From an uncultured Candidatus Rokubacteria bacterium (GTDB lineage Bacteria; Methylomirabilota; Methylomirabilia; Rokubacteriales; CSP1-6), in NCBI GenBank assembly GCA_963762145.1, contig CAVXJS010000011.1, forward strand, positions 160,001-224,000: a stretch of 64,000 bases of DNA, read 5' to 3'. Under the pieces are notes generated by a model, which made no database searches, was not told where the DNA came from, and was given only the letters and a program-made list of their open reading frames with translations. Positions within the stretch are counted from its first letter, which is position 1. Each line of letters begins with the position of its first letter. Shown one piece after another: positions 10,464 to 19,211 of the stretch. The translations under genes and the position numbers were made by a program.

Positions 10464-11315
10464 ATGAACCGCGCGATCGTGGCAGGAGTGTCGGTCGGCG
10501 ATGGCCTGGACGTGGCCGTCGTGGGGGCGCTCAACGTGAGCCCGGAGTCCTTCTACGCGGGCTCCGTGGTCGCGGACGCCGATCGGCTGCTCCAGGCCGC
10601 GGAGGCCATGGCCCGGGCGGGAGCGGCGTGGCTCGACCTCGGCGCCATGTCCACCGCGCCCTATCTGGAGACCCGGATCCCGGAGGCGCAGGAAGCCGAC
10701 CGACTCCACTGGGCGGTAGGGCTGCTGACCGCCAAGCTCGATCTGCCCGTGTCCGCCGATGTGAGCCGCCTGGGCCCGGCCCGGGCCGCCCTCGAGGCCG
10801 GGGCCCGCATGATCAACGACGTGACCGGCCTGGCGGGTGATCCGGGCCTGGCGCGGCTGACCGCCGAGTCGGGTGCCGCCCTCGTGCTCATGGCCGCGCC
10901 GGCCGCGGCCGGCCCCCTCGGCGAGCCCGTGGCCACGGTGCGCCGGGCGCTCGAGCGCAGCCTGGCCCTCGCGCGCGCCGCCGGGATCCCGGATGAGCGC
11001 GTCCTGGTGGACCCGGGCATCGGCTTCTTCCGAGGCGACGGCGCGAGCTGGCCGGAGTGGGACTGCCGGGTCCTGGCGGGGTTGCCCGCGCTGCGTGCCC
11101 TCGGCCGCCCACTCCACGTCGGCGTTTCCCGGAAGTCGTTCATCGGGTCCGTGACCGGCGCGGCGGATCCCGCCGAGCGCCTGCCGGGCTCGCTGGCGGC
11201 GGCGGCGGCGGCGGTGCTGGGCGGCGCGCACGTCATCCGCGCCCACGACGTGGGCGAGACGATCCAGGCGGTCCGGGTGGCCGAAGCCATCCGTCGCGCC
11301 ATCGAGCGCGGGTAG
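10464..11315 (+). CDS. folP: Dihydropteroate synthase (divergent loop motifs)
   Basis: NVSPESF, INDVTG, DPGIGF, GVSRKSF, IRAHDV; follows ftsH. Confidence 0.92.
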   Translation: MNRAIVAGVSVGDGLDVAVVGALNVSPESFYAGSVVADADRLLQAAEAMARAGAAWLDLGAMSTAPYLETRIPEAQEADRLHWAVGLLTAKLDLPVSADVSRLGPARAALEAGARMINDVTGLAGDPGLARLTAESGAALVLMAAPAAAGPLGEPVATVRRALERSLALARAAGIPDERVLVDPGIGFFRGDGASWPEWDCRVLAGLPALRALGRPLHVGVSRKSFIGSVTGAADPAERLPGSLAAAAAAVLGGAHVIRAHDVGETIQAVRVAEAIRRAIERG

Positions 11316-11321
11316 CCCGCC

Positions 11322-12146
11322 ATGTGGCCTGCGCTGCAGACCTTCCGGCTCCGTGACGCCATCGACATCGTGGTGGTGGCCATCGTGCTCTACCGCGTCT
11401 TCGTGATGTTCAAGGAGACGCGGGCGATCCAGATGCTCCTCGGCCTCGCCGGTCTCATGGTCGCGTCGTTCGTGGCGCGGCAGTTCGACCTCTTCAGCAC
11501 GAGCTGGCTGCTCGACAACTTCTGGTCGTTCTGGGTGCTCGCTCTGATCGTGCTGTTCCAGCCCGAGCTGCGCCGGGCGCTCACCCGGCTCGGCGAGAGC
11601 CGGCTCCTCCAGGGCATGGCCCTGGGGGCACGGGAGGAGCGCGGCCAGCTCATCGACGAGGTCATCAAGGCGGCCGACGCGCTGGCCAGCAAGCGCATCG
11701 GCGCCCTCATCGTGCTCGAGCGCAGCACCGGTCTGCGCAACTACGCGGAGCTCGGGGTGCCGCTCGACGCGATGGTCTCGGCCGACCTGCTCGTGAGCCT
11801 GTTCCTGCCCTACTCGCCGCTGCACGACGGCGCCGCCTTCATCCGGGGCGATCGGATCGCCGCGGCCGGGTGCTTCCTGCCGCTGTCGCGCAACACCCAG
11901 CTCGGCCGGAACATGGGCACGCGGCACCGGGCCGGCCTGGGCCTGGCCGAGGAGACGGACGCGGTCGTGCTGATCGTCTCCGAGGAGGCCGGGCGCATCT
12001 CGCTGGCGGTGGACGGCCAGATGGAGTCGCCGCTCGATCTCGACGCGCTCCGCCGCCGTCTGGCCGAGCTCTTCTCACTGGAAGAGGCGCCCCTGCCGCG
12101 CCGAACCGCCTGGTGGGAGCCGGCGCGTGAGTGGCTGCGCAAATGA
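11322..12146 (+). CDS. cdaA: Diadenylate cyclase CdaA
   Basis: 3 TM, FQPELRRAL, PLHDGA, GTRHRA, VSEE motifs. Confidence 0.95.
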   Translation: MWPALQTFRLRDAIDIVVVAIVLYRVFVMFKETRAIQMLLGLAGLMVASFVARQFDLFSTSWLLDNFWSFWVLALIVLFQPELRRALTRLGESRLLQGMALGAREERGQLIDEVIKAADALASKRIGALIVLERSTGLRNYAELGVPLDAMVSADLLVSLFLPYSPLHDGAAFIRGDRIAAAGCFLPLSRNTQLGRNMGTRHRAGLGLAEETDAVVLIVSEEAGRISLAVDGQMESPLDLDALRRRLAELFSLEEAPLPRRTAWWEPAREWLRK

Positions 12147-12520
12147 GCGTGCTCACGCGACACTGGGAGCTCAAGCTGCTCGCGCTGGGCGTCTCCATGG
12201 TGCTCTGGGCTTTCGTCATGACCTCCGAGAAGTCGGACCTGATCATGGCCGCGCCGCTGGAGCTCGACAATATCCCGGCCGGGCTCGAGGTGAAGGGAGA
12301 CCGACCGGACAGCGTGGACGTGCAGCTGCACGGTCTGCGCGGAACGCTGTCGCGCCTCGGAAGCGATCGGGTGAAGGCGCGGCTCAACCTCTCAGGATCG
12401 AAAGCGGGTGAGGTGACGATGCGTGTGCTTCCCGAGCAGATCACGGTGCCGCCCGGCGTCACGGTGGTGCGGGTGAATCCCTCCCGCGTCCGCCTCATCC
12501 TCGGATCTCCCCGCTCGTGA
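12143..12520 (+). CDS. cdaR: CdaR/YbbR-like regulator (single YbbR domain)
   Basis: KLLAL...LWAFV TM followed by a short beta domain; between cdaA and glmM. Confidence 0.75.
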   Translation: MSVLTRHWELKLLALGVSMVLWAFVMTSEKSDLIMAAPLELDNIPAGLEVKGDRPDSVDVQLHGLRGTLSRLGSDRVKARLNLSGSKAGEVTMRVLPEQITVPPGVTVVRVNPSRVRLILGSPRS

Positions 12521-13866
12521 GCCGCCTCTTCGGCACCGACGGCATCCGGGGCCTCGCCAACACGCCCCCGCTGACCACCGAGCTGGCCTTCCGCCTCGGG
12601 CGGCAGCTCGTCGCCACCCTGATCCAGCACGACCCCACCAAGAAGACGCGCCTGGTCGTCGGGCGCGACACGCGGCTCTCCGGGCCCATGCTCGAGGGCG
12701 CGCTGGTCTCCGGCGCGCTCTCCGCGGGCGGCGACGTCTATGCGGTCGGCGTGCTGCCGACCCCCGCGATCGCGTATCTTACGCGGCGGCTCGAGGCCCA
12801 CGGCGGGGTGGTGCTGTCCGCCTCCCACAATTCGTTCGAGGACAACGGCATCAAGATCTTCTCCTCGGAGGGCTCCAAGTTTCCCGACGCCTGGGAAGAG
12901 GAGATCGAGGGACGGCTGAACGGTCCCGACACCGCGCCGTGGCCCACCGGCGTCGACATCGGCCGGCTCGTGGTCCACGAGGCGGCCGAGGCCGACTACA
13001 TCGCGCACGCGCGCGCGTCGTGCCCGCACGATCTCCGTGACGTGCGCATCGTCCTCGACTGCGCGCACGGCGCGACCTACCGGGTGGCTCCCGAGATCTT
13101 CCGCCGCCTGGGCGCCGACGTGCGGGTGCTGAACGCGAGCCCCGACGGGCAGAACATCAACCGCGGCGTCGGCGCCATGCACCCGGAGGGCCTGCAGAAG
13201 GAGGTCCTGCGCTCGCGGGCCCACCTCGGGCTCGCCTTCGACGGCGACGGGGACCGGCTCATCTCGGTGGACGAGACGGGCGAGATCCGGGACGGCGACT
13301 TCGCGCTGGCCATCTGCGGGCGGCATCTCGCGCGGCGCGGGCAGCTCAAGGGAGGCACCGTGGTCACCACCGTCATGGCCAACCTCGCGCTCGACCGGAC
13401 CCTGACCCGGGCCGGCATCGGGGTCGCGAAGGTCGCGGTCGGGGACCGGTACGTGCTGGAGGAGATGCTGCGCATCGGCGCCAACCTGGGCGGCGAGCAA
13501 TCCGGCCATCTGCTCTTCCTCGATCACACCACCACCGGCGACGGCATCGTCTCCGCCCTCCAGCTCATCGGGGTCATGCGCGAGAGCGGCGTCTCGCTGG
13601 GCGAGCTGTCCCGGTGCCTCGTGAAGTTCCCCCAGGTGCTCGTCAACGTGCGGGTGAAGAGCAAGCCGCCGGTGAGCACGATTCCGGATCTCGCGGAGCG
13701 GGCCCAGGTGCTCGAGGCGGAGATGAACGGCGCGGGGCGGATCCTGCTGCGCTACTCCGGCACCGAGTCGCTCCTGCGCGTGATGATCGAAGGCGAGGAG
13801 CAGGCGCGCATCGAGCATATGGCCGAGGAGCTCGCCGGCATCATCCGCCGGTCCATCGGGGCATGA
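12517..13866 (+). CDS. glmM: Phosphoglucosamine mutase
   Basis: FGTDGIRG, SASHN, DGDGDR, GGEQSGH, RYSGTE. Confidence 0.96.
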   Translation: MSRLFGTDGIRGLANTPPLTTELAFRLGRQLVATLIQHDPTKKTRLVVGRDTRLSGPMLEGALVSGALSAGGDVYAVGVLPTPAIAYLTRRLEAHGGVVLSASHNSFEDNGIKIFSSEGSKFPDAWEEEIEGRLNGPDTAPWPTGVDIGRLVVHEAAEADYIAHARASCPHDLRDVRIVLDCAHGATYRVAPEIFRRLGADVRVLNASPDGQNINRGVGAMHPEGLQKEVLRSRAHLGLAFDGDGDRLISVDETGEIRDGDFALAICGRHLARRGQLKGGTVVTTVMANLALDRTLTRAGIGVAKVAVGDRYVLEEMLRIGANLGGEQSGHLLFLDHTTTGDGIVSALQLIGVMRESGVSLGELSRCLVKFPQVLVNVRVKSKPPVSTIPDLAERAQVLEAEMNGAGRILLRYSGTESLLRVMIEGEEQARIEHMAEELAGIIRRSIGA

Positions 13867-14276
13867 GCCGGGTGCTGGGCATCGGGGTCGACCTCACCCA
13901 GATGTCCCGGATGCGCCGCGTGGTGGCCCGCTGGGACGAGCGCTTTCTTCAACGGGTCTTCACCGAGCAAGAGATTGCGTATTGCCGTCGGCGCCGAGAT
14001 CCGATCCCTCACTTCGCGGCGCGCTTCGCGGCCAAGGAGGCCACGCTCAAGGCGCTCGGGACCGGTCTCAGCATGGGCGTGAGCTGGCGCGAGCTCGAGG
14101 TCCGGCGCGAGCGTGGGCAGGCCCCCACCATGACGCTCCACGGCGCGAGCCGCGCCATCGCCCTGGCCAAGGGTGGCGCCCGTGTGCTGCTCTCGCTCAC
14201 CCACGATGGCGAGTACGCGATGGCGCAGGCCATGCTGATCGGCGACTCCGCGGATGACGAGGCGAGGCCCCGGTAG
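13863..14276 (+). CDS. acpS: Holo-ACP synthase
   Basis: GIGVD, FAARFAAKEA..KALGTG, SLTHD. Confidence 0.93.
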   Translation: MSRVLGIGVDLTQMSRMRRVVARWDERFLQRVFTEQEIAYCRRRRDPIPHFAARFAAKEATLKALGTGLSMGVSWRELEVRRERGQAPTMTLHGASRAIALAKGGARVLLSLTHDGEYAMAQAMLIGDSADDEARPR

Positions 14277-15048
14277 TCTCGTGGTCGGTCTCGCCCTCCT
14301 CGTCCAGGGTTGCGCGGGGCTGATCACGGGGAAGGATTCGGCCGAGGCGCCGCCCGCGCCCGCCACCCCGACGCCCCGGACGCCGGTTCCCGGCGGGACG
14401 GTGCAGGTCGAGAAGGGCCGCCCCGGCTTCGTCATCGCCGCCCCCCACGGCAGCTCCGACATCGCCACCGACGTGATGGGGCGCGCGCTCGCGAAGCTCA
14501 CCGACTTCGGTCTGGTCGTCGCGACCGGGTACACCAACCTCGACGGCGAGGGCCGCCGGTTCAACGTCAATCGCCCGACCGAGAGCGTCCCCGGGGCCGC
14601 CGCGCGGCTCGAGGTGGAGACCGCCGCCGCGCGCCAGGTCTACCAGGACTATCGCCGGTACGTGGCCGAGGCCGCCCAGGGCGTGGTCCGGCTCTACGTG
14701 GAGCTGCACGGCAACATGCGGCCGGAGAGCGCGGGCCGTGTGGAGATCGCCACGGTGGGCGTGAGTCGGGACGAGGCCTGGCGGCTCAAGACGCTCCTGG
14801 AGCTGATCCGGGACAGCCGGCTGCCGGCGGACGGTGACGTGCCGCGCCTCGAGGTGTGGGTGGAGTTGCAGGATCCCGTGGTCTACACCGCTTCCGCGGC
14901 GAAGCAGTCCGGCATCCTGGCCCAGACGCCGCTCGCGCTGCACATCGAGCTGCCGCGCGTGGCGCGGACCACCCATCGCGAGGCCTACACGACGGTGCTC
15001 GCCGACTTCCTCATCCAGTCGGCGGCCCTGCTGCTGCCTCCCCGCTGA
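14254..15048 (+). CDS. Lipoprotein, possible Zn-exopeptidase/amidohydrolase fold
   Basis: Lipobox LVQGC; VIAAPHG and VELHG motifs. Confidence 0.5.
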   Translation: MTRRGPGSLVVGLALLVQGCAGLITGKDSAEAPPAPATPTPRTPVPGGTVQVEKGRPGFVIAAPHGSSDIATDVMGRALAKLTDFGLVVATGYTNLDGEGRRFNVNRPTESVPGAAARLEVETAAARQVYQDYRRYVAEAAQGVVRLYVELHGNMRPESAGRVEIATVGVSRDEAWRLKTLLELIRDSRLPADGDVPRLEVWVELQDPVVYTASAAKQSGILAQTPLALHIELPRVARTTHREAYTTVLADFLIQSAALLLPPR

Positions 15049-15053
15049 CGCCC

Positions 15054-16604
15054 GTGTTGCCCGTCTTCACCGCCGCGGAGATGCGGGCGCTCGACGCGCG
15101 CGCCATCCGGGAGCTCGGCATTCCCGGGCCCCGCCTCATGGACCACGCGGGCACCGGCGCGGCCACGCTCATCGCGCGCTGGCTCGCGCCGATCCGCGGC
15201 AAGACGGTCGCCGTCGTGTGCGGCAAGGGCAACAACGGCGGCGACGGCTTCGTGGTCGCGCGCCGGCTCAAGGCCCGCGGCGCGGTGGTGCGCGTGCTGC
15301 TGGTGGGCCGCCGCGCCGAGGTGCGCGGCGACGCGGCGGACGCGCTCGAGCGCTGGCGCGGGCGCGTCGAGGAGATCGCGGACCCGGCCGGGCTCGCCCC
15401 CGCCCTGAGCGCCGCCGATCTCATCGTGGACGCGCTGCTCGGCACCGGTGTGAGCGGCGCCGCGCGTGGAGCGGTCGCCGCCGCCATCGAGGCGATCAAC
15501 CGGGCCGGCGCCACCGGGGTGCCGGTCGTCGCGCTCGACCTGCCCTCCGGCCTCGACGCGGATCACGGCGCGCTCCTGGGGCCGACGGTCAAGGCCGGGC
15601 GCACCGTCACCTTCGCGGGACTCAAGCGAAGCCTGCTCCAGGCCCCGGCGGCCGCCCAGGCCGGCGCGGTCGAGATCGGCGACATCGGCGTGTCCGCCGA
15701 CGAGGCCCGCCGGGGTATCACCACCTGGCGCCTCGAGGTCCCCGACGTGCGCCCGCTCTTTCCGCCGCGCGATCTCGACGCCCACAAGGGCCGCTTCGGC
15801 CACCTGCTGGTGGTGGCGGGCTCGCTCGGCAAGACCGGCGCCGCCGTCCTCGCGGGGCGGGCCGCGCTGCGCAGCGGCGTCGGCCTCTGCACGATCGCCG
15901 CACCCGCCTCGCAGCAGCCCATCATCGCCGCGCAGGCGCCCGAGTACATGACCGAGGCGCTGCCCGAGACGAGCGCGCAGAGTCTGTCCCTCACGGCCGC
16001 CGACCGCATCCTGGAGCTGGCGCGGCGCATGGACGCCGTCGCCATCGGTCCCGGGCTCTCGCTCGATCCGGAAGCCCAGGAGCTGGCGCGGCGGCTGATC
16101 CGCGAGATCGATCGGCCGATGGTGGTGGACGCCGACGCGCTGAGCGCCCTGGCCGGCCATCTCGATCTGCTGCGCCATGCGGCGGGCCCGCGTGCGCTCA
16201 CCCCGCACCCCGGCGAGATGGCGCGGATGCTCGGCACCACGGTCGAGGTCGTGCAGGCCGACCGGATCGAGATCGCGCGTGGGTTCGCGCGCGATCACCG
16301 CGTGGCCATCGCGCTGAAGGGGGCTTACACCGTGATCGCAGGTCCGGACGGCCACGTGGCGATCAATCCCACCGGCAATCCCGGCATGGCCAAGGGGGGA
16401 TCGGGTGACGTGCTGACCGGGATCGCGGGCGCGCTGCTCGCGCGGGAGGTCGGCCCCGCCGCCGCGCTGCGCGCGGGCTGCTACGTCCACGGCCTCGCGG
16501 CGGACGTGGCGGTGCGCGACCGGGGCGAGTACGGGATGCTGGCGGGCGACATCGTCGAGGGGCTGCCCGCCGCCCTCCGCGCGCTCGCGGAGGGGGGCGC
16601 GTGA
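15054..16604 (+). CDS. nnr: Bifunctional NAD(P)H-hydrate epimerase/dehydratase
   Basis: GKGNNGGDG, DALLGTG, DLPSG, HKG..G, DADAL, TPHPGE, GGSGDVL. Confidence 0.95.
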   Translation: MLPVFTAAEMRALDARAIRELGIPGPRLMDHAGTGAATLIARWLAPIRGKTVAVVCGKGNNGGDGFVVARRLKARGAVVRVLLVGRRAEVRGDAADALERWRGRVEEIADPAGLAPALSAADLIVDALLGTGVSGAARGAVAAAIEAINRAGATGVPVVALDLPSGLDADHGALLGPTVKAGRTVTFAGLKRSLLQAPAAAQAGAVEIGDIGVSADEARRGITTWRLEVPDVRPLFPPRDLDAHKGRFGHLLVVAGSLGKTGAAVLAGRAALRSGVGLCTIAAPASQQPIIAAQAPEYMTEALPETSAQSLSLTAADRILELARRMDAVAIGPGLSLDPEAQELARRLIREIDRPMVVDADALSALAGHLDLLRHAAGPRALTPHPGEMARMLGTTVEVVQADRIEIARGFARDHRVAIALKGAYTVIAGPDGHVAINPTGNPGMAKGGSGDVLTGIAGALLAREVGPAAALRAGCYVHGLAADVAVRDRGEYGMLAGDIVEGLPAALRALAEGGA

Positions 16605-17047
16605 GCGCGCCGCGGACGCTGCACTCGCGGAGCCCCGAGGAGACGCAGGCCATCGGCGAGCGGCTCGGCGCGCGCCTCACTCCGGGCACGGTCGTGGCCT
16701 GCACCGGCGAGCTGGGGGCGGGGAAGACGTGCTTTCTCCAGGGGCTCGCGCGCGGCCTCGGCGTCACCACCGACGTGACGAGCCCGACCTTCGTGCTGAT
16801 CAACCAGTATCGCGGGCGCCTGCCCGTCTACCACCTCGACGCCTACCGCACCGGCAGCCTCACCGAGCTGGTGGACCTCGGGCTCGAGGAGATGCTGCAC
16901 GGCGACGGGGTGACCGTGGTCGAGTGGGCCGACAAGCTGCTGCCGCTCCTGCCCGCGGCCCGCACCATCCACGTCCACCTGCGCGGCCTCGGCGACGAGC
17001 CTCGCGAGATCACGATCGAGGGCCCGGCGATCTCCGCCGCGGAGTGA
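16601..17047 (+). CDS. tsaE: tRNA threonylcarbamoyladenosine ATPase TsaE
   Basis: GELGAGKT, SPTF, YHLDAYR, VEW. Confidence 0.95.
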   Translation: MSAPRTLHSRSPEETQAIGERLGARLTPGTVVACTGELGAGKTCFLQGLARGLGVTTDVTSPTFVLINQYRGRLPVYHLDAYRTGSLTELVDLGLEEMLHGDGVTVVEWADKLLPLLPAARTIHVHLRGLGDEPREITIEGPAISAAE

Positions 17048-17063
17048 TGGAGGATCGCGGCGT

Positions 17064-19211
17064 CTAGCCCCCGGTGCGGAGGAAGAAGAAGTCGCCGCCC
17101 TCGTGGCCCGCGTACTTGATGGGGGCGTACTCCGGCACCTGGGGTACCGCCCAGCGCTGCGCCATCGCGTTGACCCGCAGCTGCACCCGCTGGAACACAT
17201 CGCGTCCGAGCAGGACGCCGTCGTTCGTCCGGAGCGTCTCGATGAAGATCTGGGCAAACACGGAGTGGGCGCCTCCGGTGTTGTCGAGCACCGGCTCCAC
17301 CCCGCCGGACGTCAACACCAGTCGCGCCCGCTTGTTGGCGAGATTCTGGACCGCGCGGGCGAGCTCTTCCTCGGTCATCGCCGGCTCGAGGCGACCGGAG
17401 GCCGAGCGGGTCAGGGTCGCCGCGTAACACGAATCGGCCACGACCAGCAGGTGCTTGACCGCCATGAGGTTGAGGATGTCGCTCAGATCGATGTTGGAGA
17501 TCCAGTTCGCGGTGTTGCCGGGCTCGGCATCGGTCGGCAGCCAGTAGCCCCGCTGGTTCTTCTGGTCCAGCTCTCCGTGCCCCGCGTAGTAGATCAGCAG
17601 GTTGTCCTTGTCGGTGAGCCGTTGCCGGAGGTCGTTCAGCTCGGAGAGGATCTGGGTCCGCGTCGCGTTGCGCAGGAGCTTCACCTTGAAGCCGTAGCGA
17701 TCTCGCAGGATGCCGGCGATCACCTCGGCGTCGTTGACCGCGGTCTGGAGACGCTTGAATCCCTTGTACTCGTTGTTCCCGATGACGAGCGCGTGATAGG
17801 TCCCGAGCGTCAGCTGCGGAGCCGGCCGGGCCGGCCGCTCGCCCTCGGCGGCGGGACCGGAGCTCGACACCCGGACCCGGTTGGGGACGATCATCTCGAG
17901 GGTCGCCTTGCGCCGGGACCGGTCCAGCGCGAGGACCGTCACGCGCTCGCCCTCCGTCCCCTTGAGCGGCACCCGCGCCTTGAAGAAGCCGTCGCGGTCG
18001 ACGACCTCCTCGCGATCGTTGATGGTCAGCGACTGCAGGCCCCCCGCGGCCTTGACCTTCCCGGCCAGCAACAGCGTGGGGCCGGCGCCGGCGGTCCGGG
18101 TCGGCTGGACGCGGATGTCGCGCGTCAACGCGACGAGCTGGGGCTCGACGATCTGCACCTGGGTGAGCTCGATCTCGGGGCCCGCCTGCTCGCGCTCCCG
18201 GCGGAGCTGATCGAATCCGGCCCGTTGCGCCGCCGAGTCCGCTTCGGTGCGCGCGAGCTGCTCGCGCAGGCGGAGGATCTCGCGATCCTTCTCGGATTGC
18301 TGGCGGCCGGAGTCCTCCTGGGCGCGCGCCAGGCGGGCCTGGAGGGCGCTCGTCTCGCGCTCCTTGTCGCGGAGCCGGGTTTCCGACTCCCCGATCGCCC
18401 GCTGCAGGTCGTTGAGGCGCGTCATCGCGGCCGCGTCGGTGCCCTGGACGGCGGCGCGCTCGCGGCGGAGTCGGTCCAGCTCGGCGCGCGCCGTCTGGGT
18501 GTCCCCCTGGAGCTGGGCGAGGCTCTTGCGCGCCTCGGCGAGACTCCGCTGGTTCTGATCGAGCTCCGCCTGCTTGGCTTGCAGGTCGGCGCGCAGCGTC
18601 TCGACCTGCGCCTCCAGCCGGCGGACGTCGCTCTGCGACGCGCCGGAGGTATTGACCGCGACGCTCGATGCGCCGGTCGCGCGGCCGTACCATTGCGCCG
18701 CCTGCTTCGGGTCCTTCGGGACGCCGAGCCCGTTCTCGTAGAGCACCCCGAGACTCAGCGCGGCCGGCGCAAAGCCTTGCTCGGCCGCGCGGCGGTACCA
18801 TTGCGCGGCGGCCGCGTAGTCCGGGGCGACGCCCAGCCCCTTCTCGTAGATCTCTCCCACGTAGGTCTGCGACTTGGCGTCGCCTCGCTGCGCTGCGTCC
18901 ATCCAGACCTGCAACGCGGTCTTGTAGTCCGCGCGGTCGTAGGCGACGTACTCGCCGCCTCGGATCTCGCAGTCGCGCGCGGTGGTCTTCTCGCCCCGCC
19001 GCGCGCCCAGATAGGTGACCTGGTTGCCGAGCCGGCGAATCTGCCCGGGCAGGAGGCAATCGACGACCAGGAATGCATCCGCGGCCTGGCCGGGCGTCGC
19101 CGGGCGTGGCTCCGCCGCCTTGGGGGCCGGCGCCGGCGCGCAGCTCAGCGCGACGAGCGACAGCATGGCGACGCCGATCCCGCGAATGGTCAGCGCCACG
19201 CGCGGGCTCAC
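17064..19211 (-). CDS. Exported (lipoprotein-like) Sel1-repeat, coiled-coil, caspase-family (C14) peptidase
   Basis: Lipobox VALSC; Sel1 repeats (YEKGLGV, YENGLGV); coiled coil; ALVIGN..Y, YYAGHG and DSCY dyad. Confidence 0.88.
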   Translation of the reverse strand: MSPRVALTIRGIGVAMLSLVALSCAPAPAPKAAEPRPATPGQAADAFLVVDCLLPGQIRRLGNQVTYLGARRGEKTTARDCEIRGGEYVAYDRADYKTALQVWMDAAQRGDAKSQTYVGEIYEKGLGVAPDYAAAAQWYRRAAEQGFAPAALSLGVLYENGLGVPKDPKQAAQWYGRATGASSVAVNTSGASQSDVRRLEAQVETLRADLQAKQAELDQNQRSLAEARKSLAQLQGDTQTARAELDRLRRERAAVQGTDAAAMTRLNDLQRAIGESETRLRDKERETSALQARLARAQEDSGRQQSEKDREILRLREQLARTEADSAAQRAGFDQLRREREQAGPEIELTQVQIVEPQLVALTRDIRVQPTRTAGAGPTLLLAGKVKAAGGLQSLTINDREEVVDRDGFFKARVPLKGTEGERVTVLALDRSRRKATLEMIVPNRVRVSSSGPAAEGERPARPAPQLTLGTYHALVIGNNEYKGFKRLQTAVNDAEVIAGILRDRYGFKVKLLRNATRTQILSELNDLRQRLTDKDNLLIYYAGHGELDQKNQRGYWLPTDAEPGNTANWISNIDLSDILNLMAVKHLLVVADSCYAATLTRSASGRLEPAMTEEELARAVQNLANKRARLVLTSGGVEPVLDNTGGAHSVFAQIFIETLRTNDGVLLGRDVFQRVQLRVNAMAQRWAVPQVPEYAPIKYAGHEGGDFFFLRTGG

